Source of the DNA: Leucoraja ocellata
Lineage: Eukaryota
Direction of reading: 5' to 3'
Length of the DNA stretch: 64,000 nucleotides
Assembly (NCBI GenBank): GCA_036785375.1
Contig: JAWMAR010000035.1
Location: 186,001 to 250,000 of the forward strand
Shown here piece after piece: positions 1 to 11,452 of the stretch. The notes under the pieces were generated by a model, which saw nothing but the letters and a program-made list of their open reading frames with translations, was not told where the DNA came from and ran no database searches. The stretch's first letter is position 1, and each line of letters opens with the position of its first letter. The position numbers and the translations under genes are program-made.

Positions 1-65
1 AAAGTCAATCAAAACACAGTTTACCAGCATGAGACAAGTGAGTGTTAGTAACTGATGGCACTAAC

Positions 66-618
66 CTTGCTGTTGCAGTTTATACTCCGTGGAGTAGGCT
101 TTTCCTATGATGTTCCACACCGGCCTTAAGCAGCCAAATAGCCCCTCCAGGAATCCGCCTGATCCAGTGCCCGAACCTGAACCAGAACGGTTATAATGCA
201 TCTTCATCTCATCCGGTCTGCTGTGATCACCATCGTTGCCACCCCCCCGATTCCCGTTCCCATTCCCATCCTCGGCAGCTTGGGTGGGCCCAGATTCCTC
301 ATGTTCCCTCAGTTGCAGCACACTGTTCTCAAACTGGTCCCGGGAGTCCTCGCTGAGGCTGGCGAGCACGGTGACAGTGACGGGGTGGTTGGAATTGGAG
401 CAGTGGCTATTGTCCGCCTGGGGTGGCCCCCTCTCCTGCAGGTTGTCCAGGATCTCGGGCGGTGAGTAGGCCGGCTTGTGGTCCACATCTCTGACCGGCA
501 GCTTGGCCCGTTGCCCCGAGGTCCCCAGCTCTTCCTTCAGGTTCTGGTTGATGAGGTTAGAGGGGGGTGACCAGATCAGGCCCTCCTGCGGACTGGCCAT
601 TACACTGTGTGTGTGCAT
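66..618 (-). CDS. MAP3K13: MAP3K13 (leucine zipper-bearing kinase, LZK), first coding exon (N-terminal region before the kinase domain)
   Basis: Translation contains [18 protein letters not shown] and [31 protein letters not shown], which I recognise as the MAP3K13 N-terminus. The exon ends CAAG|GTTAGT (phase-1 donor at 65-64), where the mammalian protein continues QQQ-DTWEVP. The acceptor ttctgtttcttctttcttgaag|G places the exon start at 691, so 619-691 is 5'UTR. Confidence 0.95.
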
Positions 619-767
619 GAGGCAGACGGCCAGGGGCGGTTTTCAATTCAATCCCAGGACACAACCAAATGACGAGGCCAGGCAACCAAACCTTCAAGAA
701 AGAAGAAACAGAATGTGAATAGCCGGCCACTATGCTAGTTGCACTGCTCTCCTATCTGAATCACAAG

Positions 768-930
768 GTCATATCATAAGATCATAAGTAATAGGACCAG
801 AATTGGGCCATTCAGCCCATCAAGTCTACTCCACTATTCACCCATGGCTGATCTATCTCCCTCTTCTAATCCCATTCTCCTGCCTTATCCCCATAACCTC
901 AGACCGAGATCCATCTATCTCAGCCTTCAT
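768..930 (-). mobile_element. CR1 LINE 3' end fragment
   Basis: ggtcata...taggaccagaattgggccattcagcccatcaagtctactcc...catggctgatct is the reverse complement of the CR1 3' end seen at 28850-28960. A similar copy lies at 8835-9050. Confidence 0.75.
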
Positions 931-2464
931 TGTCACAGATGTAAGGCCTCGTCTATTCCTAGGTAATGTAAGGATCCCACGTTATCATGTTAAAGAGAAA
1001 ATGAAATTTTGGTCAATGTGCATTCTTTAATGAACTTCAGGAAAAGTGTCCCCACGGATGGATAGAATGGTTTTGGGTGAGATGTTCGCCATGCATTGAG
1101 AAAAGAAGCAATACAAGATTCTAACCCATGCTGGAAGTGTTTGATGGACAACAGATTTTAATTCTGTGTTTACACCATGCTGAACATTTCCTGCAAGTGT
1201 GCAATGGGACAGCGCAAGGGTAACTTTACAGTATTTACTTGTTCAGCTCTTGTAGTTTGGATGACAGAAAATAGGGCTATTTCTGTGAATTTACATTACC
1301 TACTTTGAATGTGTTAACTAAGGCAAGGTTTGAGGGAAGGCCAGGATTTATGTTACAAGAGCTAACTGAGCATCATTCAGAACACCTAATTTTTCTGTCA
1401 GTAAAAGGCAGTTCTCAAGTAATGCAACACATTATATAGCTCTTTGCAGTACCACTTGCCTTGTTTTGTGCAAAGCCTCTCCCAATATCTTCCCTGATGA
1501 CTTATTATTGAATCTTGGGACCATTTACCTGTTTTTTTCTCAATTCCTCTCCTTTCAGCATTATTACACTGCCAAATGAGGAAGCTTAGTACAGTAATTC
1601 CTTCACAACTGTGAATGCATCATGAACATACTTCAAGGGCTCTAATGCACTTTGGAGGGACTGTAGTCTTTGCGCTTGGTAGATGCATATAGTGAATTTA
1701 AAAGCCGCTGGACCTTCTGTGAGCTTCTCTAGTCACTCCCACTTGCCTGCCATCTGTCCGCAGTCTCTTTTTCTCTTTCACCTTCCCCTGCGGTGTTGGT
1801 GATTTCTCCAACTCCAGGAGGTAAAGCAGTGCTTGCACAAACAATAATGACTGTCTGATTACAGCACGTGAATAATACAACAGTTAATCCTTTACTAGCA
1901 GGCATCAATTGACATGAGAAAATTGCAGATCTGGTAAAAGCTCTCTCAAGTGAGATCTATCCCCACTTGTCAGCCAGTGTAATGGCACCTCCCCAGATAT
2001 GGTGTTACTGTAATTACACCCAGCACACTCACAGCAATAACAAACCACCCAAGGTCTCCAGGTTTTGATTAAACCTTGGTGTATCTTGGCCAATACCATC
2101 TTAAGGAACAACACCTCATCTTCCATCTACACAGGTTGCAACTTTCAAGACTTGACCGTGAAAGTTACAACTTTGAGTAAGTCACTTTCTCAGTCTGTAT
2201 CAATGTCCATTTCTGCACAAGTCATCCCATTGAGATTTTGCTTCAGTTTTTCTCTCTCACTCATGTAGTTTGACGTACTGGGCCAATCCTAGAGCCCTGC
2301 TATTTGCAAGACATCATGTTTCTTTGTCTGTATTATTTCCCTCTAACTGCTTCCATTAATACATTTCACCAAAGTACCTCTGCAACGTATCTCCATGGCA
2401 ACCAAGGCTTCACCCTGTCACAGAAAATCGCATTGTTTTAGAACAGGTATAGCATAGAGTTTAA

Positions 2465-3257
2465 AGGTACACAAAATTGCTGGAGAAACTCAGCGGGTGC
2501 AGCAGCATCTATGGAGCGAAGGAAATAGGCGACGTTTCGGGCCGAAACCCTTCTTCAGACTGATCGGGGGTGGGGGGGAGAAGGAAGGAAAAAGAGAGGA
2601 GGAGGAGCCCGAGGGTGGGAGTATGGGAGGAGACAGCTCGAGGGTTAAGGAAGGGGAGGAGACAGCAAGGGCTAGCAAAATTGGGAGAATTCAACGTTCA
2701 TGCCATCAGGACGCAAGCTGCCCAGGCGGAATATGAGGTGCTGTTCCTCCAATTTCTGGTGTTGCTCACTCTGGCAATGGAGATCCCCAGGCAGAGAGGT
2801 CGGATTGAGAATGGGAGGGGGAGTTGAAGTGCTGAGCCACCGGGAGGTCAGGTAGGTTATTGCGGACTGAGCGGAGGTGTTCGGCGAAACGATCGCCCAA
2901 CCTCTGCTTAGTCTCCCCGATGTAAATCAGCTGACATCTAGAGCAGCGGATGCAGTAGATGAGGTTGGAGGAGATACAGGTGAACCTTTGTCGCACCTGG
3001 AACGACTGCTTGGGACCTTGAATGGAGTCGAGGGGGGAGGTGAAGGGACAGGTGTTGCATTTCTTGCGGTTGCAACGGAAAGTGCCCGGGGAGGGGGTGG
3101 TATGGGAGGGAAGGGAAGAATTGACAAGGGAGTTGCGGAGGGAGTGGTCTTTGCGGAAGGCAGACATAGGGGGAGATGGGAAGATGTGGCGAGTGGTGGG
3201 GTCACGTTGGAGGTGGCGGAAATGGCGGAGGATTATGTGTTGTATTTGCCGGCTGGT
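2465..3257 (-). mobile_element. 5'-truncated Penelope-like retroelement (GIY-YIG endonuclease end plus terminal repeat)
   Basis: ORF 2766-3167 has CxxxxCxxC followed by NLIYCIRCSRCQLIYIGETKQRLGDRFAEH...VAQHF (PLE GIY-YIG). Terminal repeat at 2465-2565. A perfect 13-bp flanking duplication GCATAGAGTTTAA sits at 2452-2464 and 3258-3270. Confidence 0.92.
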
Positions 3258-4074
3258 GCATAGAGTTTAATTTAGTTTATTATTGTAACTTGTACCAAGT
3301 TGCAGTGAAAAGCTTTCTGTTTAATGCTATCCAGTCAAAACACTGTACATGATTACCATCCACAGTGTTCAGATATGGGCCCTTCAGCCCAGCTCATCCA
3401 CGCTGACTATTTTGACCATTTACATTAATCCCATTTCCTGACATTAGGTCTGCATCTTCTCATGCTTTGCCTATTTATGTGCTTGTCTCAGTGTCTCAGA
3501 AACAGTGGTCGTATTTGATTCCAACACCTCTTGGGCATCACCCTCATGATACCCGCAATGGAATAAATACTTGGTCCTCTGTCTCAATTTCCAGTTTTAT
3601 CCTCATCTTTTCTGAACTCTTGCTGTGCTCAGTTTCATTGTGTTTCTCTTACATCTCACCCCAAGTGACTATGTACCACACTACACATCTGGGGTGGTAC
3701 CATAACCAAACTTTCCACAGTCCTCAACATGCTATCTATCCTTTGCATTCTGTCAGGATGAGAAAGAGCCTGAACAATAAAGGTAAATTTCCTTTTACTT
3801 TTTCGGTGGCTATCTGGGGCAGCTCGGGTATCATTTCATACGACACCAAAGACGATATGGTTTGGCATAGCAAGTTCAACACTATTTCGAGTCAGAGGGG
3901 TATCCAGAGTAACAGCTACAACATAACAACATCCAATGGAGCACACCTACAGCAACACATCAGCCACACATTGTAACAGGAAAATGAAGAAAACACAAGA
4001 GACTACAGATGCTGGAAAACTCAAGCAAAAAAAACAAACATTTGCTGCAGGAACTCAATGGGTTAAGCAGCATC

Positions 4075-5407
4075 AATAAAGAGTAAGGTGGCATGCCTCA
4101 ATGACAACTCACTGGTGGCACTATTGTCTGTGGTGATGAAGTGCTTTGAGAGGTTGATTAGGGCACATACCAACACCTACCTCAACAAGAACCTGGACCC
4201 ACTACAATATACCTACTGCCACTATAGATCAATGGAGGATGCAATCTTGTTGGTTCTCCACTCTACACTGGACCACTTGGGAAATAAAAACACATATGTC
4301 AGGCTGTTGTTCATGGATTACAGCTCGGCATTCAACACCATCATCTCCTCCACACTTGTCACCAAGCTCTGGGTACTGGCTCTCTGCAAGTCCATTTGCA
4401 ACTGAATCCTCGACTTCCTCTTCAATAGAACACAATCGGTACCAATTGGCAACAACTTTTCCACCTCCATAATCATCATCATGGAGGCACATCAAGGCTG
4501 TGTGCTCAGTCCCCTTCTCTACTCACTCTGTACCAATGACTGTGTAGCTGAACACAGTTCTAACTCTATCTTTAAATTCGCCAACGATACCACCGTTGTT
4601 GGACAAATGACGGATAACGATGAGAGTGTAGGAGGGAGATCTATCGTCTAACTGAATGGTGTCAGAACAACAACTTTGCTCTCAACTTCAATAAAATCAC
4701 AGAACTGATTGTTGACTTTAGAAGAGAAAGGCCGCGGATCTACAAATCTGTCTTCATCAATAGTTCAATGATGTGGAGCGTCAACAACTTCAAGTTCCTG
4801 GGCATATTTATGAATATGTGTCCTGGACACACAACATTGGCGCAATCATGAAGAAGTCCCACGAATGCCTCTACTTCTTTCGACGATTGAGAAGATTTGG
4901 CATGTCAATAAACACTTTCCATTTCTCCAGGTAGAGAGCTCGGCAACTCGAACACCCAGAAACAAAGGAGATTACACAAGGTGGGAAACACTGCCTGGTC
5001 CATCACGGGGACTGACCTCCGCACCATCAAATGCATTTACAGGAGATGCTGCCTCAAAAGGGCAGCTAGCATCATCAAGGACTTTCACCACCCTGGCCTT
5101 ATTCCACTACTGCTAACGGGAAGAAGGTATAGGAGCCTGAAAACTGTAACATCCAGGTCAGGAACAGCTTCATTCCAACCATCATTGTATCAAACACTAC
5201 AAACTACAACTAAACTCTTGCACTAGGGACTTAGAACATTGTTTTTTTTTCTCCCCAAAATACAGTTTTTTAATGTATTTATTTATTTATTATTCAATTT
5301 ATTTAACTTCTTTAAATGTTTGTTAATTATATATCTATTGAGTTCTGTGTTCACAACCCTATTGTGCTGCTACAAGTAAAGATTTCATTGTTCTGTTGTG
5401 ATATACA
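4075..5407 (+). mobile_element. Rex1/Babar-type LINE, decayed RT and 3' end
   Basis: VALLSVVMKCFERL, LDPLQY, VRLLFMDYSSAFNTI, QGCVLSP, KFANDTTVVG and GRRYRSLKT motifs broken by frameshifts. The tail resumes at about 5881-5925 after a nested insertion. Confidence 0.88.
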
Positions 5408-5880
5408 ATACAATACCTTTATTTGTCATTTGAACCTCACATGAGGTTCAAACGAAATGGAGTTTCTGCAGCCATACAATAAAATAACCAAAACACACAC
5501 CAACACTATTCACATAAACATCCATCACAGTGGCTCTCCTCCTCACTGTGATGGAAAGCAAAGTTCTTGACTCTCCCCTGCATTCCATTTCCCTCCCGAA
5601 GTCGAGGTCAAAGCCCCCGGCGGGCGCTAGTCCGCGGCAAATTAAGGCCGCGCCGGGCGTTGTAGGGCCCCCCTCCAGGTCACTCTCAACCCCGCAATTC
5701 GGGCGGGAGAAGTCGCCGCTGCCGGTACCCTGCAAAGCAGCCTCCCACCGGGGATCCGCGAGCTCCCGGTGTTCCATCCACCGGAGCCGGGCCGCAGCAA
5801 CGCGCCACCGCCGCTCTCCACGCCCCGAAGCCAGCCAGCTCCACGGAGGTAAGTCCGCAGCAGCTCCACAGCAGCTCCAC
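5408..5880 (-). mobile_element. GC-rich non-coding retroposon with Rex1-type tail
   Basis: ATATACA is duplicated at 5401-5407 and 5881-5887. The minus-strand 3' end has an 11-bp stem (5429-5452), then gacaaataaag and (gtatt)n. The body is CpG-rich with no recognisable ORF. Confidence 0.7.
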
Positions 5881-5924
5881 ATATACATATGATAATATGA
5901 TACATATGATAATAAAACACTTGA

Positions 5925-6420
5925 GGAAAAATGTACGCATGATGTTTCGGGCCAGGTCTATTCTTCAGACTGATGGAGTAGAGGGGAGATAGCAGGTAGA
6001 TAGAGGTGATGGGAAGGGATGGGACCAGAGCTGGTGAGTGATAGGTGGATTCAGTTGAGGAGGGGTTTTGAATGGCAAATGAGTCAGGTGAGAAGTGAAG
6101 GGTGGAGATATTGCAAACTGCAGGTGCTGGAATCTTGTACAAAAAAACAAGTGCTGGAGGAACTCAGCGAGTCAGGAAATGGACAGACGACATTTCCGTC
6201 ATGACCCTTTTTCAAACTGATCAGAGGGGTGGAGAGATTAACCAAGGCTGGAGGTGTTAAGTGGAGAATATTAAAAGGTTTCAAATTCAAATATTAAATT
6301 TAAGCTAGTTTGCTCCTTTATAATACGTGGTCATTGACCTGAAATATGAGCATCTCCAGAATTTTCTGTTTTTATTTCAGATTTATAGTGTCTGCAGTCT
6401 TCCCAGCCATCAAAAGCAGT
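5925..6420. repeat. Cluster of decayed Penelope terminal-repeat fragments
   Basis: gtttcgggccaggtctattcttcagactgat, and actgcaggtgctggaatc...gtgctggaggaactcagcgagtcagg...acccttttttcaaactgat, match the repeat at 2465-2565. Confidence 0.65.
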
Positions 6421-8619
6421 TTCTGACTACCGACCTTCCAGACTCATCTTAATATCCTGCAAACCAATCAAACTATTCCTTCAGTTGGCTTTGCAAAGGA
6501 TACAACCATGGCGTTGTAATATTTCATTTTACTCTTGGAATCCAGATATCATTCTGATGAATCAATGGCAAGTGGGGTTTCTACAACTTTAGCATAACTT
6601 TGGCCTGCGTGAACTTCAGTCCATATAATAGCTAAATTCTGGCATGTCTTTGCTTGGATTATTATCAGTACAATATACACCCATGTTGGTTCAATGATCC
6701 AGATGCACGGATCACAAAGCTACTTTGGCCGTCAACAGATTCCAATGTTTCACCATTTAGAAAGTATCGTGTTCTGACCTAATCTGGGTCCAAAGTTTTC
6801 TTTTCATTTACGCACATTCAGATCACTTTGCCAGCTTTGCCCATTCAATTAATCAATTATTTTTTTTCATTTTAACACTTCCATCCATACTGCTTACAAT
6901 GCCATCGATCCGTTTCATTTGCAAACTCAATTAAGTGGCTTTCAGTCACATAATTCTCGCAAGCTGTAAATACGGTGCCCTACTCGTAGCTCCAAACATG
7001 CAAAATTAATCATATTCTGCCCATTATCTCTACTCTCATTCAGCCAATATTGCAACCACGTCACCAAGTTGTCTGGCTCAGTTTTGTTTTTGACTGTAAA
7101 TTGCCTTGGAATATATTACCATGTTAAAAATGCTATGTAATGTTGAGTGTTGTTATTCATATGGACGACGTCTGAAATGTTAGCAATATTCTAAAGTCCT
7201 TCTAGGATTAGATTTTACTTCCTGCTTTAATGATGTACCAGTGGAAGCTGATGCTTAACAGGGAAGCCCCATAACTCCCTCCATCACTCGGCATCACCTC
7301 CATCCACACTGATTCCACTATCACTGACAGAGACGAGTGGGGTGGGAAAAGGAGTGGAGGGGAAGTTTGCATGGCGTGAGAGCATGGTAAACACATCATT
7401 CCTTTCAACTATTTAGTCCCTAAATTCTGCAATTCCCTCCCTAAATGTCTCCACTTGTCTCATTCAAGACACTCATTAATTCTTCCTCCTTGACCAAGTT
7501 TTAGTCACGTCCTAATAACTGTGCATTAGCTCGACACCCAAGAACAGGAGTCGATCTAGACACTCTCTAAATTATTCATTCACCAACTCCAATTTAATTA
7601 ACTCCAACTGGGTCTAATGAAAAAATTGTAACTTCCAATATAATTTACACAAACCTGTAGGAGACACTAAAGCAAACAAAGAGCTCCATTCTGCCATGTA
7701 ATCTCATGTATAACTGGACACTTGAGACACAAAACATTAATAAACTGATAAGACAGCAGAGATCCATGGATTCATTCAAAATGACAGAGGTGGACTGTGA
7801 AGGGGGAGATTGGTCTTGTGAATGGGTTGTGAGCTCAACTCTCGTGTCTTTGAAAGCACTCTAAAGGTTTAGGATATGGGAAACACAGTGAATGATGACC
7901 TTGGTGCAGGTAAGCGGAGGGTCGGCAGCGGTAGACAATAGATGGTGTGTTTGCGGTGTTGCAACAGGTTGAGGTGTCAGTGGACCCCAAAGTCGTCGGA
8001 CGCCCGTAGATTGAGTGCCGCCTGCAGCAGCTGGACGGAGCGACGGTGGAAAGTCGCAACAACAGCACCGGGCCAGGCCAACCCCTACATCACCGACCCA
8101 GTGCCATCACCAGGACAACGCACCTGACTGGAGCTCTTTCACTGACACCGACAATCATGTTGAGTTGCGCCTAAATTGGCCAAAACCCAGTTTGCCAATA
8201 TTCCTGGTGTAGCCCAGACCTTCTCAGAGTAAAAGACTACTCATCTGGGGACTGCTGGGAATAAAATATTTGGTAATACCCAGATGATGTGTTTTTCTAT
8301 ATTTTGTTTGAAGAGTTTTTTCAGATATTAATAGTATACGAGATTGGGAAAGTCTGTTTGACTGACGGGTCAAATCCCATCCAGTTATGCTGATTCTACA
8401 TATTTGCTTTGAATTATTTGACAAGGGGATGCATTACACATGAATCAATGGCAGGAGGCTGGGAACCAGTGGAGCAGTGGGAGGCAGGAGCTTGAGAGAT
8501 ATATTCACCCAGAGTCAACAAACTTTGCCCAAACTGCCTGTGATGTTTATGTGCCACGCCCTTCTACTGTGATCTTACAAGATATTGCTACATTCACATC
8601 TTTCATGAGCCAACAGTGC

Positions 8620-9055
8620 TATAAGGCAAGCATCTTCTCACCACGAGGGGTAAATCTCTGGAGTTTTCTATCCCACAGGGTTGTGGAGGCTAGACCAGTG
8701 TTTTCGCTTTAAGATAAAGTAAGTGAAATTTTGAGAGATCAGGAAACTGAGGATTATGGCGAACTGGTGCAGAAGAAGAGACGTTGTAGAGAGATACAGC
8801 ACAGACACCGGCCCTTAGGGCCACCTAGACCATGTTCATAAGGTCATAAGTGATAGTAGTAGAATTAGGCCATTCGTCCCATCAAGTCTACTCCGCCATT
8901 CAATCATGGCTGATCTATCTCTCCCTCCTCACCCAATTCTCCCGCCTTCTCCCCATAACCTGACCCCTGTACTTACCAAGAATCTATCTATCTCTGCCTT
9001 AAATATATTTACTGACTCGGCCTCCACAGCCTTCTCTGGCAAAGAATTCCACAAA
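8620..9055. mobile_element. Two CR1 3' fragments in opposite orientation
   Basis: Plus-strand ttctcaccacgaggggtaaatctctggagttttctatcccacagggttgtggaggc at 8635-8690. Minus-strand CR1 tail at 8835-9055. Confidence 0.7.
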
Positions 9056-9679
9056 GGCACACGTTGACTATCAATCAACCATTGACACCAATTCTATATT
9101 AATCTCAAACTCCCTAAATGTGTGTTGTGTCATTTACAGTTTATTAAGGCAAGCAGTTTTCACTGCAATCAGATCAATCCAAGTGGAACCTTTAAATTAA
9201 ATAGACCCACCATGCAATGGACTTTAGAGGTTGAAAACTCACTCAATACATGTCATACACTGTCGACCTGGATGGGAGAGCAAAGGATCGCAGCTATTGA
9301 GAGTGATGAGATTTCTGGGGACATCAAGTGACCATGTGACTGCGTTGATGGTCAAGTCTGAGAAGCGCATGATTAACTGCGGTTAAGTCTGATGTGCAGA
9401 CTCAAGAAAGAAGGAAGAAAAGATAGTGCCTGCACATTTAGTTGTCAGTAAAAAGTCCGAGCTGAGTCACTGCCATAATGGACGACTGCACAAAATGGCA
9501 CCCAGTCCCACTGCAGCTGTAGAAGATAATTTGGCCAATAGCCCTGAAGTTTGAACATCAAATTAATGGCTCTTCTTCAGGGCAAATAAACTAATTGAGA
9601 TAGAGGATGAAGATGGAGTCTCTCTAGTGGCAGTATGTAGTAAGGTTGCATATTGCTTGCTCCCTTAACTTTTAACCCT

Positions 9680-11430
9680 TTTTTACCACTTTTTAAATAA
9701 AGATATTCCGTGTCTTGAAATCAAGTAATATTGAAAGAGTGGTAAAAAAGTGTTGAGAACACTTTTATACATTTCAACCTTACAAAGGATGGAGACAAAA
9801 GGTAAAAAAGGTTCTCCAAGGAAGGATCGTGGTGAAGGCATGGCGTCTGATCCCAGTACTTTAGAAGCAATAGCGAAACTGAGTGATAAACTGGATAAAA
9901 GATTCTGCGGCTTGGAAGCAATGATGAAAGAAGTTGGAAACAAGCTGGAAGAAGTTGAAAACAAGCTGAGTTACAAGCCAAGTCTTGCGAACAGAAGGAA
10001 CAAATTGCTAATTTGCTAACCCTAGGTCAGGAAAGAGATGCGACGATTACTGCATTGGAACAGAAAATGACCGAGAATTCCCAAGCACTCGAACATTACA
10101 AGATTAAAAATATGGAATTGGTAAATAGAAGCCGTCGGCAGAATCTGCGAATTGTTGGTTTGCCTGAAGGTCGGGAAGGTGACAATGCTATTAAATATGT
10201 TTCTAGAATTCTAAAGGAGATTTTCGGCACCGAGCAGTTTGGAGATCTGCCGATTTTGGATAGTGCAAAAATCTGGTTGGGAAAAAACCCGGTCCCGGAG
10301 ACAAACCGAGACATTTGATTGTTCAGTTCCACTTTTTGCAGATGAAGGAAAATACCCACCGATCAGCAAGAAGATTGGACATGATCGAATTCCAAGACTG
10401 CAAGTTTTGTATTTTACCTGACTATAGACTGCCTTTCTATAAGGTAATTTCTGAGTTATTTAAGAAGCATCTACGCCCTGCCCTGATCCATCCAGCCAGA
10501 TTGTGAATACAACTCTCTGATGGTACCATTCAGTTCTTCAACAACCCGCAAGATGCTTCCTGCTTTCTGGAGGATTATCAGGATCCCGCATAAACTTTAT
10601 ATTGTTTTCTTTGCCAGTACCTCCTGAACTTATAGTTTATTGATTAGTTTATACATTGCTCCCGGCATCGCTGTGACTGGGGGTGGACAGTGTTCACTGG
10701 GTTCCCCCCCACCCCCCGAGCTGCGACGAGGAGCTGCTAAGAGCCGGTTGAGTTATAATCCGAGATCTCTGAGTTCTAATTTGACAACATTCTTGGATGT
10801 TTATTACGATTTTATATTTTAGTTATCCTTTTCTTTAATTGTTTGATTTTGTAAATGATTAAGAATTTAACCTGATGAGTTATTTCTTATTATTTTTCGG
10901 AACTTTAACATGATGGTATTATACTTTGACTTTTGTTAAGATATTGTTTTTTATTTTAATGACCCGCTTTTGGGTTTTTAGAATAAGGAGTGACATTGTT
11001 GAACCCTCGGTTAAATTTGATAGGATTTGGGGAAGCTTTATTCAACATTTTCACACAATATAAATTGTCCCCTCTCCAGCCGTTATAATAATTTTTTACC
11101 TTTATACGGTGGGATGGATTTGAAGAAAAACAGGGTCTAAACTGTTGAATTTTTTTTTGCAGCCCAGATTCTGTTTTGCTTTGTTTTGCTTACTTTAGTT
11201 TAGTTTAGTTTTTTTTCTTTTTATCTTTTTTTTTATACATTCAAGTTCTCTTTTAACCGTTTATCTATATTTACATAGAGACTGGGAGGTCTAGACCCAA
11301 TATGTATTTTGACACGGGATTTATATTTAGGTTACATTTGTTGTTAATGTAATCCTGATCCCTATGTATTAATATCACTGTTCTGGTTTTTTTTGAAAAA
11401 TTAATAAAAAGATTTAAAAAGACAGAAAGA
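9680..11430 (+). mobile_element. L1-clade LINE with frameshifted ORF1, only the last ~27 codons of ORF2, 3'UTR and A-rich tail
   Basis: ORF1 at about 9788-10592 has a coiled coil, ELVNRSRRQNLRIVGLPEG, IVQFH, ILPDY and ALIHPARL. ORF2-like end RIRSDIVEPSVKFDRIWGSFIQHFHTI* at 10980-11063. aataaaaagatttaaaaa at about 11403-11420. Confidence 0.85.
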
Positions 11431-11452
11431 AAAGAAAGAGGATGAGGATGAA

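Noticed and set aside
61-65. Stop codon ending the 185-aa ORF
   Set aside because: The TAG lies in the intron after the GT donor; the protein continues in exons outside the window.
3467-3976. 169-aa ORF
   Set aside because: Non-ATG start, no recognisable domain, composition typical of intron or old repeat.
5526-5551. CACAGTG heptamers (also at 58634) as V(D)J recombination signals
   Set aside because: No nonamer at 12- or 23-bp spacing; they are arms of a TE hairpin.
7830-8160. Moderately CpG-rich patch
   Set aside because: Probably a TE fragment, but I could not find termini, tail or coding motifs to classify it.
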